Shown: piece by piece, positions 33,940 through 48,072 of the stretch
Layout: the number at the start of each line of letters is the position of its first letter
How positions within the stretch are numbered: position 1 is the first letter of the stretch
Origin: Antechinus flavipes
Lineage: Eukaryota
Assembly (NCBI RefSeq): GCF_016432865.1
Contig: NC_067399.1
Coordinates: 32,674,001 to 32,738,000, forward strand
Length of the DNA: 64,000 bases
Direction: 5' to 3'
Notes under the pieces: model-generated
What the model saw: the letters and a program-made list of their open reading frames with translations, nothing else
What the model was told of the DNA's origin: nothing
Databases searched by the model: none
Translations under genes and position numbers: made by a program

Positions 33940-34900
33940 CCTAACGGGGCCCCCCGGCCGGCGGGCCGCAACAGCTGGAAACGGCCCCGCTTTGGGCCGA
34001 GGGTCAAGGCCACCCCGGGGCCAGCCGAGGCGCGGAGGACCTGCCCCGGGGCAGCGCACCGGGCCGGCCGGCGGCGAGGGGCCCCCCGCTAACAAAGGCC
34101 CGGGAAGGCCAAGGCTGGGGGCTGAGCAAGGACGCTGGCCGAGTCAGGTGGGGACGGAGGTACGATCGGACCGAGCGGCGGGCGGCCGGGGGCGGGCACT
34201 GCGAAGAAGCCCGCCCTTCGCACCCCGGCCAGAAGCTCGGCCTGCCCGATGACCGTGGGACCCCCGGTTCCGGGCGGAGCCCTGTCCGCCGAGCTGAGCG
34301 CGCAGCCCCCAAGCAAAGTTCCTTCCCGTCGCGACCTCCCCGGGCTTCAGGGAGCAGAGCCGAGCCGAGCCTCTCTGCGGGGAGCCAAGCTGCTCCCCCA
34401 AGAGCTCAAGCGCATGGGAAGGGAGGACCAGGGCAAGAGGAGGGGGTGAGGTGGATGAGGAGTTGGGACTGAAGCTGGGCATCTCCCCGTGGGCGGGCGG
34501 ACGGACCGAGCTCGGGCTCCCCCAACCCAGCCCCCTTACCGGCCGCCGGACCCCCCAAGCGCAGCTCTCAGCCGCCGTCCCTTTGAACAGCCCTTTAAAG
34601 GATTTAAAGAGCCGGGGCCGGTCCCTCCTCTGCCCTCCCCTTCCCTCCCCTCCCCGCCCCTCTGACCAGAGCCGTCGCCGCACCGCCCGATGGGACCTGG
34701 AGTCCTCCCGCTGGCAGGCGCGGGGGGCGGGGGGCGGCCTCGGACTACAAGTCCCGGCACCCCCCAGGCCGAGGAGGTGCCGCTGGGGGCGGGCGGCCCC
34801 GGCCACCCCCGCACAATGGCCTTGGTGGGCCGCCCCCCGCGGCGTGGGACTGGCCAGCCGGAGGGACCCGAATCGAGTTAGGAAACGCCTGGGAAGGAGG
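33940..34900 (-). promoter_or_regulatory. CpG island with non-coding first exon/promoter of TMEM150A
   Basis: Very high GC/CpG content, minus-strand donor GTAAGG at 34539, TTTAAA elements at ~34595-34608 and GC boxes. Confidence 0.65.
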
Positions 34901-37564
34901 GGGTGGGACAGGACGCTTCCTCCAGGCAGCCAGTGCTTGGGCAGAGGTCCCGATGGAGTCCCAGTCCTTCCTTGGCCAGTCCTAGAGCCGCTCATTCCAC
35001 TGGAAGCTGGAACTGTAGCTGGAAGGGATCAAAAAAAGATCGTGTGGTTTAACCTATTTTACAGACGAGGAAACTGAGGTCCGGACAAGGTAAATGACTT
35101 GTCCAAGATCACCCAAATAGTAAGGCAGAGAGATGGTATTTGAACCCAAACTTTGTGACTCTGAGGACGAAGACTTCAATTCCACTTCTGTGAAAGGCGG
35201 CTTTGGACTAGATCCTCCCCGAAGGCATGGGTTCATTTAGATCTGGAGAGGACCTCCCGGGGCATGGGACGATACTATCTCAGATAAAGAGACTGAGGTA
35301 CTCCGCCAGGCTGGGAGGGGGTGTGGGTGTGTGGAGGAGACTTGTTCCTGGTAGTGTCAGGCGGGACCTTCCACGAGGCCTTGGGACTAGACCTGCCTTC
35401 TATTCCCACCCCCATGCTTGCTAGCTGTGTGATCCTGGCCAAAGCGCTGTCCTGTTCTGAGCACCAAACAGTCTCCTTAGTCCTTCCAAGTCACCTTTCA
35501 GCGATGGCCAGCTGGGAACATTTTCCTTGTCATTTCCCTGCTGGTGCCTCAGTTTCCTCAAAGGTACCTCGGAATAATAACAGCACCTACCACCCAGGCT
35601 TGTTGCGAGACTCAGATGAGGTAATATTTCCAAGCACATAGTAGGCACTCAACAGATGCTTCCCTCCCCCTTCCTTTCCACCCTCCCCCCAAGCTGCATA
35701 GATGTCTTGGGCCCTGGGGATTCTCCAAATGCTGACGTGCTCACCCCTATTAAGGTCCCCCTGTCTTCTCCAGTGACATCTGAGGTTACAAGTGTTCTTC
35801 AGGGAGAACCCGGAGCCGCCAGTTGGAGCCACGGCCTGTGCTTAGATTTCCGTCACTGAGCCAGCACGTACCTGAACCTGCTGGAAGGCTTGCAGGAGTG
35901 TGGCGGTGATTCAGCATATTGGAGTTTTATTTTTAAACGTCTGTGCGGATGTGGCGTGTGGCAGGGCTGGCAAGATGAAGACCGCGGGCAGGGCCCTGCC
36001 TGCCGGCGGCTTGCCCTCCACACATACAAAGATGGGCAAGTCTCATTACCTCCTTTAGCATGACTTCATGTTATGATTCAGTCTCAGACTGACTTTTCAT
36101 GGCTCCATTTGGGATTTTCTTGGCAAAAACACTGGAGGGTTTCCCGTCTCCTTGGGCTCATCTTACAGAAGAGAAAATTGAGGCAATTAGGATAAAGTGA
36201 CTTGCCCAGGGTCACTGGGTTCAAATGAGGCTACATTTGAATTCAGCTCTTGACTCCCGGCCCACTTTTTCCACCGGAAGTATCCTGGGATACTTTGATA
36301 ATCCAGCTAATTATTGAATCCAGTCATTCTGTGGGAAGAAGAGGGGCCCAGAAGAATCTTGAGGAAAGAATCTGAAAAGTTAGGTGTTCCTCAAGGTTCC
36401 CTCAGTGACTGAGTGGCAAGGTTTGTCTGTGGAGATGCTTTCATTGGGAGTGATGGAAGATGATGTGTGGGAGGTCTTGTAGACACTAAAAGGTGGGCTT
36501 CAGTCACCGAAAGAATTCACCAGGGCCCTTGATCAGGGGAACAGGTTACAAAGGGAAGGGATACAATAGACACCAGGAGTGGTAAATCTAAAATGGAGCT
36601 GAGAGAACATAGGAAAGACAAGTTCCTCAGTGGAACTTAATAGAAAAGGAGCACTCCATGAGGTTGGGACGGGCCCTTAGCTGGCAGGCTAACTCCTGAA
36701 ACGAATCTGAAAGAGTTAGTTAGCTGCAAGGAGGAGAAGTGGGGCTGAGAAACATAGTGGAGTTAGTCCCACGTGGCAAGATATCACGGGGGAAGAGGAA
36801 GTGGAAAGATAACACGAAGCAGAGCGCTGTTGCAAATTGACCCAAAGGAAGGAGCAGCCATAGGGATGGCCCCTAACGTAGATTTTAGAGGAGAAATTTA
36901 ACCTCAGGGACATGACTGGGATTTCTGAGAGGGCACAGCAAGGTGAGACTGGTTGAGAGCACTCCAGTGTGTGTGTGTGGGTGTTTCTGGGGTTTGATAT
37001 CACTTGGATTTCTGACTGGACGACTTCTCCAGACAGTAGGAGCTAAACTGATTTCTATCAGTGCCTTTTCCCTGAGTGCCTCCTGATTCATCTTTATCAG
37101 TTCCTCTGCTAACCGCACCTACCACTGAAGATCTCACCAGCAGGGCTGGAAGACATTATTCACAGGTCCATTTGATTTAGAGAGGTGATTGAGCTCCCAC
37201 CTTTTACAGATGAAACTAAAATCCCCAGAGCTTGTGATTTGGCTGTGAACAAGGAACAAACTCAGTTCTCCTGACTCCAGGTGCCAGTCCTATCTACTGC
37301 ACCAGACAGCCTATTTCTTCTACCAGCTTTTTCCTAGATTTTCAACTATTCCCTTTCCCAGAGGCCATCAGGGTGAAGTGACTTGCCCAGAGTCACAAAG
37401 CTAGTAAGTGTCCGAGATGGAATTTGAAATCCTGACTCCAGGACTGGTGTTCTATCCATTGCCCCACAACTATTTCTAAAAAGGAATTTGGTAAAGAATA
37501 TATAGAATAGATTTTAAAAATCAGCTTTTTCTTTCTTATCCAGTCCTGATCAGAAAACCCTGGG

Positions 37565-37800
37565 TGTCTCTTGATTTGATTTTTCTTGCACAACCAGATA
37601 ACTATAAATATGTATACAATATTGGATCTAACATGTATTTTAACATATTTAACATATACGGGACTACCTGTCAGATGGAGGAGGGGGTAGGGGGAAAGAG
37701 GGGAAAATTTGCAACAAAAGGTCATACAAGGGTCAATGTTGGAAAAATGACCCATGCATATGCTTTGTAAATAAAAAGCTTTAATAAAAACAAAAAACAA
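37565..37800 (+). mobile_element. LINE-1 3'UTR fragment
   Basis: gtaaataaaaagctttaataaaaa tail; homologous to 24930-25110. Confidence 0.75.
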
Positions 37801-39789
37801 CCGTGGGTGTCAAGGTATCATGTTGTTTAGCTGGTCATCTAGAGACCATATGGAGAAGGTTGTCGACTTTGGTCAGTAACAGTCCTGTGGACTCTCATTC
37901 TTCAATCAGATTTTAAAATGTTCTGGTGAAAGTGGAACAGGAAAAGGATCAGATAAAGGCCTGGGGCTTAGCAGAAACCTTGGGAAAGACCAGCAAGCAG
38001 CAGGGAGAGGGAGGGAGGGAAGTGGGGACTGGGACTAATTCCAATCCAAACTGAGGGATGATATTCATACAAAGGCTGAGAGATAGGGACTGAACTTTTG
38101 GTTTCAAAGGTGTACACACACACACATACACACACACACTCACAGTAAAATTCTGCAAAGGATTTCTTTCTTCTCCTTCTTTCTAACACTGGTCTTGGAG
38201 AATTGCCTAGAATAGTGAGCGGTTAAAGGATTTGTCCAGGGTCCAGGTGAGCCAGCACCTCATAGAAGAACTTGGATCTAAGGCCAGCTCCCTACTCCCT
38301 GCTTCCTCTTAAGGGCCTTTTCTTTTAACTCTTGGTTCACCTGTTGGAGATTGCTAATCAAGCTTGAGTGAATGGCTGTGCTTGAAACCTATCAAACAAA
38401 AGAAGTTATCATCTAAATCTCTGCGTTGTGTGTTTCTGAAGAAGAGGGCCAATGGAGAGAGGGAAGGGTGGTCCTTCCCTACCAGAGGCTATTTTGAACT
38501 CAGTTGTCCCAATGCAATCTGGGAAGATCTCTGAAGGGGTTCTTCAACAAACTTGAACATAGTAGGAAAGTTCTGTGTTGGGGGAACTGTCAGAACCAGA
38601 ACTGTGTCTACCTTTAGGATGCTCCAAAATCTACGGAAGTGGGCTGGAGAAGAATACAACATATTCGGAGATGTATTTGGAAATGAACAAATACCAGGTA
38701 TATTCTTGAAGCAGGGTACAGAGAAAGAATACTAATAAGTGAGGGGGGATGGGTAGAAATCCCCAAGATTCACTAGGAGGTTTTACCTGAGCTGTTCCTT
38801 AAAGGAAGCTAAGGATTCTAAAGACTAGTGCAAAAATCTGGAGGAAGCATTTAAGGAGCAATTGCTGTCAGATCAGTTCTGGAACTGATATGAACGGAAG
38901 GAAAAAGCAGGGTGGAACTATGGAAACCTTTATGGGTTCCCACACTATGGGAGACCTTTCATGCTAAGCTGGGGCTTCTGTATGATATTTGAGAGGCCAT
39001 CAGGAACTGCTGACCACTTCTGAGTGCAGATCAGATCTCTGAGGGAAGCAGAGTGGCAGCTGTGTGGCAGACAGGTTGCAGAGATGGCACGGAAAAGGGG
39101 GTCCAGATCGAGGGTGAGGGAATGATGGGAGAGGGCTTTTGTGTGTCTCAGAGGACACAGAAGTTGTGGAAGTGAGAGCCAGGACACCTGGCTACTGATT
39201 GAAATATAGTGAAGGAGAAAGGTAAGTTAAGGATGACTTCAAGAATGAAAAGCAGGCTGGGTGACTGGAAAGGTAAAGAAAGGCTCCCTGACAGGAACCC
39301 GTGGCACACCTGAAGCTTGTGTCTCACCCAAGGTCTAGCAAAGGACTCTGTAAATAATGCTTAATTCAATGTTTATTGAACCAAAAAGCAGCAAGGCTTC
39401 CACTGAGTTTGGATTTTGTTGCTTTGAATGACCTTGGATCAGTCAATTAACTTTTACTTTCCTCATTCAAAGTAACTTCCTTTCAAAGGGCATATTAATG
39501 CTAGCCTACCTTCTGGGGGAAGCAGGAACAAGATTAAGTGATTAAAAAAAGCTTGGCAAAAGAAAGTCCTAAGAAAGAAAAGATAGATTTGTATTTTTGT
39601 CTGTGTATACAAAATATGTATCAATAATATAAAAAGTATCTTCTTCCCAACTTCTCAAAGTTTTCATGTATGGTATGAACAGTCCTCTTTACAAGAATGT
39701 CGAAAGGAAGGGAGGGAGCTATTGTGTATATTTTTTAAATTGGCCAAGTGGGGAGTACCTGCCTGCCCTGATTATTTGAAATCATAAAA

Positions 39790-39822
<33 letters not shown>

Positions 39823-41335
39823 CACAAACCCAGACCAAGACCACTCTCCTTGCCCTTTGTGGCCAGGAATAGATACTCACTTTCACGACTTCTCCAAGCC
39901 CAGGGAAGAGTTGGAAGTGGGTGGGCGTGCAGTCAATGGCTACTTTGTCGCCTGATTTCTGATAGCTCAGGAAGGTAAGGGAGTGACTGGCTCCCAACAT
40001 GCCCAGAAACTCAAAGTTCAGGGAGAGGGATTTCAAGATACTGTTTGTACTGTTCTGAGGAGAGTGGAAGGGTTTCCTATTTTTTTTTTTTTGCAAGGTA
40101 ATTGGGGTTCAGTGACTGGCCTAGGGTCACTAGTGTTAAGTGTCTGAGACTGAATTTGAATTCAGATCCTCCTGACTCCAGGTTTCTTGCTCTGTCTACT
40201 ATACCATCTATCTGCCTTAAGGCTCTGCTTTTTGATAGCAGATCCTTCCCAATGACAAAAATCTTGTCAGGATCCTGACAAAATCCTGACACATCCAAGG
40301 TGTCAAGAGTTGGCTCTCAAGGAGCAAACCTTGCCAGCTATCAGCCAACCATGGAGGGCATGCCCTTTCTTGGGGCCTGATTCAAAGGGAGGGGCATATT
40401 GTATCTGACTGGACCCTGCCAGTAGATAGAGGATGCTGGGATTCCAAAGGAGAAGTCACTTTTCACTGATTAAAAAAGACTTCATCCTGAAGGACAATTC
40501 TGATCCAAGATTCGAGGCTATTTTTGCCCAGTCCCAAGCACCTGAATCTCTTGAGCCTGTGATATCGCCCAGAGTTGCCCAGGAAACACAGACCTTAAGC
40601 CCAGGTCTTGGCAACTTTATAGGAAAGAGTAGAATTTTTTCCCTCAGCTGTTTCAAGAACTAATAAAAAAGAGTCCTGGGGGAGGACTCCAACTTGGTGC
40701 GAATGGTTTTAAGAGAAGCAATCCAGAACTTAACCAAGTAATCATTGTCTCTATTGCTTCCTGGGGATGCCTTCCCTCTTCACCTTCTTCCCCAGGAGCC
40801 AGGGCCACCAGAACCCACTCAGCTGCTTAAAAGTTAACACGACCTAGATAAAGTGAAGCTCCCATGTTTTGTTCCAGTAGAGGGGTGACCACCAGTCCTT
40901 CCAGTCTACTTTGCTAAAGTTCCTTTGGCCTTACCATGTGCCTTGTGAATCCCTAGGCTTTCCCATCTGCCCTTGTGCCATACATTCAGGACTTTCAGGT
41001 CTTTCCATCCTGCCAACTAAACTTTTTTTATGTGTCTCCCTTGATTGGAGAGCAATGACTTGCGTTTCCATTTGAATCTCTTCAGTGTAACACAATTCCA
41101 GGCACATAGTAAGCTCTTCACATTCTTTAATGTATTTACTTTTCATTTCCTTCCAAATGATGAGGAGTTTATACATTTATTTGTACAATTTATATTTTGG
41201 TAATCCTCAGTGAGGGCAAATATGGGTTCTTGGAAGGTGGGCAAATGACTTTGGGAAACAGCCAAAAATCATTTGCAGCCAAGTCTGGGGAACAAGGTGA
41301 GTGGGCCCCTGGGTGCAGCAGGGAATATACTTACT

Positions 41336-41339
<4 letters not shown>

Positions 41340-41381
<42 letters not shown>

Positions 41382-41418
41382 TTCTCTCTCTCTCTCTCAC
41401 ATACACACACACACACAC
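41340..41418. repeat. (TC)n(CA)n compound microsatellite
   Basis: Seen directly in sequence. Confidence 0.9.
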
Positions 41419-43046
41419 CTTCCAAGGTGAGACAGTGAGATGACCAACCTGATTTCCCGGCATGCAATCTTGCTCTGATTCACCAGCCTGGTGCAACCTA
41501 CTGATTCTGAGAAACTGTGTATTCCTAGACAAAGAAACAAATTGAGAGAATAAAGAGAGCCTGAGGATCTGTGTAATTTTAATGACTGGGGTGTGGTCTT
41601 GGAGAAATAAACTAAAACACTCCCCTCCCCCTTTTCTTTTGGTAGAGGGGAGGCAGAGAAACAAAGTGACAAGAATTCAGCCTTGTGGAATTAAGAAAGG
41701 ACCCTGGGTTTGAACATAAGCGCTGCCATTTACAACCTGTACTCTTAATAGGAATCTCCCATGGTTTGGGAGTTCAGTTTCCTTCTTTGCAAAATGGGGG
41801 TGGAGTGGATTGGGCTACCCCGCCTCTCAGATTCCTTCCAGCTCTTAGATCCAGGATCCACACTTTGGGGGTGGATTGTAGCCAAAGCAACTGGTGATTT
41901 TGTATCAATGTTTGTCGTCTTCCCCCCCCCCCCCCCTCCACCCCCACTCCATTCAAGGTATCTAGAAAGTTGTTTGTTTTTTGCAAAGACTCCAGGCATC
42001 AGTTAAATTTTAACGCCCCCCCCCACGCCCTCCCCACTCAAAAATGCTTTAAGCAATTGTAATAATTCAATTGAATTCTATAGACGTTGAGCACGTACAT
42101 TTGCATGACACCGGGGCCCCAGATGCTGAAATGAAATAGTTCCTGCCCTCAAGGAACTAAGGAAATCTCCCTGGTTCTTAGATGAACCTTAGAAAGGGTA
42201 ATCGGGGAAAGAGGCACTTTCCACCGTTGGGGGCGGGGATGGCCCTAAAGGCTTGGTGGCCTATGTTGAATCTTGAGCTGGATTCCAGATGTGGATAAGG
42301 GCCTGGGTGAGTGCTGGAGGAGGCCGGTCAGTCTCGAGCAATGGCCAATACCATTTGGTTACAGAAGACTGTGTGAAATGGTATAATATGAAAAAAAACA
42401 TCTGGAAAAGTGCAAAGTCGGGGCCCATTAATTGGCATCTGAGTTTCCACCATTCTGGAAGTCATCCTTTCATCCTGGAGTCCATATTGGAGCCCCTGAA
42501 GGCTTATGAGCAAAGCATGGCCTTTTATCACCTGGATTCTCGAAGGTGCTATCCACTAGGCTACTACTGATTGGAATCAGGAAGTACCTGAACCACTCCA
42601 GGTAAGTCACGGAACCTCTCCTAGTCACTTTCTCTTGGAGGCTCTGTCAAGTGGGGTGATAATAGTACCAATCTCAGAGGATTGTGAAGGTTAAATTAGA
42701 AAATACATGGGGACAGCTAGGTAGGGGAGTAGACAGAGCATCAGCCCTGAGGACCTGAGTTCAAATCTGGTCTCAGGCACTTAACACTTCCTATATGTGT
42801 GACCCTGGGCAAGTCACTTAATCCCAATTGTCTCATGGGAAAAAATAAAATGCATGTAAAGTGCTTTGCCACTGCCAAAGCTACTTGTTAATGTTAGCCA
42901 TAAATCTCCATGTTTGGCAAGATCTTAATCTCTTTATAAAATCATAGAGTCAGATCTGAACTTGAATTTAAGAACTATCGATTGCAAACTCCTTTATGAT
43001 ACGGGAAAGATTCCTTTCTAGATTCCCACTCTCTCCTAGTTAATAA

Positions 43047-43340
43047 TGTAAATTGCCCTTTAACTCACAAGTCCTGGTCCCTTTGAATTCCAATAGAAGA
43101 TCGGGACCTGTCCCAGCCCCACCAGGGTCTAAGCCAGCTTTGGGTCTACACCCAAAAGCCCCTCAAGCTAAGTCTCCCATTATAAAAGGAAGACACTGGG
43201 ACCCCCTCTTTGCAGAGATTCCAAACCTGGTAGCCATGTGAGGACCCGCTGTCCACTGGACCCTCTGTCCAGTGCCTTCCTTATCTCTACCTTCACCTAT
43301 ATTTTAACCTTGCTTACCCAATAATAAACTTCTTTTATCA
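43047..43340 (+). mobile_element. LTR-like fragment
   Basis: Starts TGTAA; contains TATAAAAG (~43182) and AATAAA (~43323). Confidence 0.55.
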
Positions 43341-45761
43341 ATCTAGAAAGGAATCTTTCCCGCATCACTTTATACAGAGGATCCAGGTTTAGACAGTAAA
43401 TTGGGCTATAAATCCAAGTCTTGTCTCTAAATCCAAAACCTCCCCTCCAGTCCTAGATCTTTTTTGTCTCTCCTAGATTTCTTCGACTTTCATGAATTTA
43501 ATGATCATTTCTATGCAGAGGAATCCCAGGCAGCTCAAATCTCCAACTGGATGCCCCAAAGATACCTCAAACTCAGTGTGTTCAAAAGGGAATCTGTTTT
43601 CTATCACTCCACTTTCCGGTTGCCATAGAGACACCACCCTCCATCCTGTTTGCAACCATTGACATCATTCTTGATTCTCCCCCCTCCATCACCATTCTTT
43701 ATATTTCATCAGTTGCAAAGTTTTACCAATTTTACCTTCACAATACATCTGTTACTCTTTCTCCACTCTCAGGGCCACCACCCTGCCTTAGGCCTTAATC
43801 TCTAGATTTTAAGTCACCTCATAGGACTCCTGGCTTCCAGTTTCTCCCCTCCAATCCACCTTCGTGCAGTTGCCAAAATAATTCTCCTAGAGTCCACATC
43901 TCACCTTGTTACTCCCCTACTCGGGAACAGCTTGGGCTCTATTCATCCTGGTATTTAAAGCTCTTCATCTTCTGGCCCCAGCCTACTTTGCCAGCCTCAA
44001 TTCCCATCATTCCCCTTCACATATTCTACAAATTCCTGGTTATACTTGCTCTTCTCTTCCTCTTATACCACATATAACTTCCCATCTCCCAGACCTGGCA
44101 GCATTTCTCCATCTCCACATCTCCATCTATCTGAGGTCCTGGCTACTTCTATGGTCTGCCTATGTACCACTTTTTTTTTGCTGAGGCATTTGGGGTTAAG
44201 TGACTTGCCCAGGGTTAAGTGTCTGAGGCCATATTTGAACTCAGGGCCTCCTGACTTCAGGGCTGGTACTCTTATACTGTGCCACCTAACTGCCTCCTAT
44301 GTACCACTTCTAATGAAAAATCTTTCTAGAATTCACTAGCTCCAAGCCTTCTTTTTGAATGATATCATTTTTTATTATAGATAGCAAATCAAGTTAACAA
44401 CCACCACCAGCAGCAGCAGAAAAAGAAGCACCCTTGGGCCACGTAAAATTAAATAACCATGGTCTGAGTCTGGATCTGGATCTGGTGAGAGGGGCTACAA
44501 TCTTTGGATCTTGGTGAGTCATAGAAGTCTTTTAACACTGAGACCTTCATTCATAGATTTTCATCTTGAAGAGAGACCCCTCAGATTTAAGGTGAAATCA
44601 AGTATTGGCTAGAAAACCTTCCTCCCCCACCCTGTAGAAGGCTGATGGGAAAGTTAGATTCAAAATCCTGGTTCTGATTCTCTGGTGAGAGTTGGACACA
44701 ATTCTGATAGTCTTTGATTCTAGTTGAGCAGAGGGAGAGGTAGGCATAGATCCATTTGTCATAAAGATCCCCAGTGGCTGGGCAAGGCAAGGAAGGCTGG
44801 TGGGTTATGTCCTTTACCAGCTCCAAGGGACCTGACCACCAGTGTACGTCTGCTGCCTTTGTGAATGGTAGTGGAAATATAGCCCTTTGGGGAATTTCCT
44901 ATTCTCCAGAGGCCCAACCCCACCCATATATCATCCTTTACATGAAGTTCTAAGCCTTCTAGAGCCATAGTTATGCTTATCTATTGTGATTTTACAAATA
45001 TATAGGACTAGATAAAAGGCCATTCTTTGCCTCAGTTGTTACCTAGCCTTAATCACCATGGGTGCAGCCTCTGTCAAATGGAGACGTGTTGAAGATCTTA
45101 GGTTAAAAAGGCTGAGATCTCCCATTGCACCAAGGGCCAGCACCAGTCCTCCTGATCTCTATCTGGCCACTGGACCCAGATGGCTCTGGAGGGGAAAGTG
45201 AGGCAGGTGACCTTGCCCAGCCTCCCTCACATCACTTGCATTTCACGGCATCACCTCCCTAATGTCATGGTCCTCTTTGAGAATTAAGGACAATATAGCT
45301 TTTTAGCGAAATGTAGGTTCAAGGACACCCCTTTTTCTTTGTATTATCCCCACCCCCAGCATAGAGAATTTGGCATGTAGTAGGCGAGTAATAATTGCTG
45401 GATTTGAGGGTTTCCAGAGTCAGACCTGGGTCTGAGAGAGATTTTGAGACAGCTGTGGAGGATGGGCTGGAGGGGAGGCTGAAGCCCAGGAGACCCAGAA
45501 CAATTCCAGAATAGCCTCCAAAGGCCATTTGAAGGACTGACACTCATTCTAATGGGGGGAAGCCTGTTTGTTTAAAAGGCAGTCTATTGTTCCACAGTAA
45601 TGCTTCAAATACCCATTTTCAGCATCAGACAGCTTGCTTGGGAGAAGAATGTTACATAGACTTTGCTTAAGCCGAGAGCCCCTTTCACAGAACAAGGCCA
45701 GAGAGTAGACAAATAGTGTTGCCATGGTCAGAGAGGAAACTGTTAGAATTAAGGTTCCATC

Positions 45762-45933
45762 CCAGGGAACCGGGGGATCATGAATGTTTGTTTTGATAGC
45801 TGTACTCCAAGAATATGGGCGTGCTCAGTAATCCGAGGTTATTTTATGCCTTGAAAAACATTCAGAGCATGAAGCCCCAGGTTTTCCCAGGCAGCCAAAG
45901 GAGTCTAGGACACCCAAAGGGTTAAGAACCCCT
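45762..45933. mobile_element. Old hAT/Charlie-type MITE
   Basis: Right TIR GGTTAAGAACCCCTG intact; left end degenerate. Confidence 0.55.
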
Positions 45934-48072
45934 GGCCTATGTCTTGTTAAAACAAATTACTTCAGTGTGCTTTTTCAGCCCTTAACCCCTGTGTTGGCCT
46001 AGTAATACAGCTCTGACTGGGCTACATGTCCTTGGGGGCCCCAGGCTAAGAAAGCCCCCGGGGTGAAGTCTTCTAGCCCAAATGAAATCTATTAGTTTCT
46101 CTGTATACCATGGGGAGAATTGAGTGGTTGAGCCAGCCTAATCAACCCAGAAGGCCTCTCCAGTGGTTTCTAATGTTGGCACTAACACCTGCAGTACTTT
46201 TGAGAGATGTGGGGAATTTTTTTTTTTTTATCTTAACACCCTAACTTTGCTTCTATTTGGAGCCAATTCTGAGAGTGCTCAATGCAGATGCATTCTGGGA
46301 ATAGGGATGACAGGGTATATGTGTTATTTCTGCTTGGGAAGGTGGCTAATCATTCTGGTCTCTTCCTATCTTACAGCCTACATTTGTTGAATTCTCCAAG
46401 ACTTCATTTGGGGTTCTCTTGGCAAAGAGTGGAATGGTTTGCTGTTTCCTTCTCCAGCTTATTTTTCAAATGAGGAAATTGACATTAGCTGTGTGACCTT
46501 GGGCAGGTCACTTAACCCCATTTGTCTCAGAGTTACATTTGAATTCAGGATTTCCTCATTCCAGGCCTAGCACTCCACCCACCAAGCCACCTAATCCCAC
46601 GAGGCTCTAATTTAACTGAGTTTACAAAAGTGTGGCTTTGTTTCCAATCTGAAGGTTACAGATGGTCTAAGGATTTGCCCAGCTCCGCTCCTCAGAGGTA
46701 GGAGGCCTAGACCAACCATGGTTTTAGGGGCTTGTAAGAGTTCTAACAAAGCTGCCAGGAGCCAGTATTATGTGAAGGTTCTGATATGAAGGAGGAGCAT
46801 CGTCAGGACAGAAGTTCACTTCCAATCTGCATCACTCATAGGAGCCAAGCTGGATTCTGGGAAGCAGGTGATACTCCCTGCTCCATTAAGTGTTCCTAGT
46901 AGCCCGGTTTTGTGCCTATTGGGGAAGGTGGGGGATAGGAAGGGAAGACAGTACAATGTAGAAATACTAGGACCCATCTCAGATCGTAGCCTAGCCCAGG
47001 TACTGGGAAGAATGCTTAATAGCTGAGAGATCTTTTTCTTTGGTACCTTTATTCTAAAAATCTCAAACATACTTTATACATTTAAAGGTGGGAGGTTCAG
47101 ATGGCGGTCAGGGAGGGGAAGGACAAGGGGATCTCTGGATTCCATCTGGGCAATAGTTTGGGTTCTTGTTTTAAATAAAAGGGAAGATGAAGGAGCAGTA
47201 AGTCTCCAATTGGGTAATTATTGCTTATTCAGCCCCTCCTTTTGTTAACTGGAGAGTGCTGAGTCAGTTGGGAGAGTCTGTAATCTCATTTTCAGTTCTC
47301 CTCAAGCCTCATTCTCAGAAGCATCTGGGCTCCACTGAGATTCTCGTTCTGATGGGCGCCTGGCAGGACTTCCTTGGAAAGGAAGGAACCCTGCGAGGGG
47401 TACTCTAGAACCACACAGATCTTGGGGCTTTACTCTATAGTCTCTCCATAGGGCTCTTGTGGATAATTAATAGTGGTCAAAATGAGAAAACTTACAGCTG
47501 TGTAAGCTGAGGTGGTACAAGGCCCTGGGTGTGGGGAGAAGCTCTAGGGTCCTACCTGAGACAGTTATCATGGAAATCAAAGGAGGAAAATGGAAGGAAA
47601 CAGGGCTGAGAAAATGCTCCAGAAGCTCTGGAGTTTGGTAAGGAGAAACACTTTCCCAAACACAAAAAGCACAAATTTGGAAGAAAGAGGACATGAACCT
47701 CCCATGAAAACGGAGTCCATTGATTGGCACAATCAGGGCTTAGGGATCAACCCCTGTGGGTGGGGAAAGCTCTTCAGGGCGCTCACTGATTGGGGGGGCT
47801 GCACATCTCAGAATTCCAGCTAGCAGGACACAAGGCCAGAGAAACCCTTTTCTGCAAACTCCCAGGCAGCTGTGGTCTGTGCAGAGATGGCAGAGGACAC
47901 AGCAAAGGAGATGCCAGGGGCCAACTTGGCAGCGGACACTTCTCCCAAAGCTCCAGCAGCTGAGTGGGGAGGCCAGACCGGGCCTGGAATCCCCAGGATA
48001 AAGGGGACAGGGTAACCTCCAGCTCTGACAGTACAAGCCAAGACAGTCCAGTCCCAGGAAGGTCTGCAGCAC

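Noticed and set aside
33745-35077. Many overlapping 60-283 aa ORFs
   Set aside because: Stop-poor CpG island sequence of the TMEM150A promoter; low-complexity R/P/G peptides.
38400-42570. Short ORFs at 38553, 40433 and 42289 as a hidden gene between TMEM150A and C2orf68
   Set aside because: No recognisable homology and no consistent exon chain could be built; no gene is expected here from synteny.
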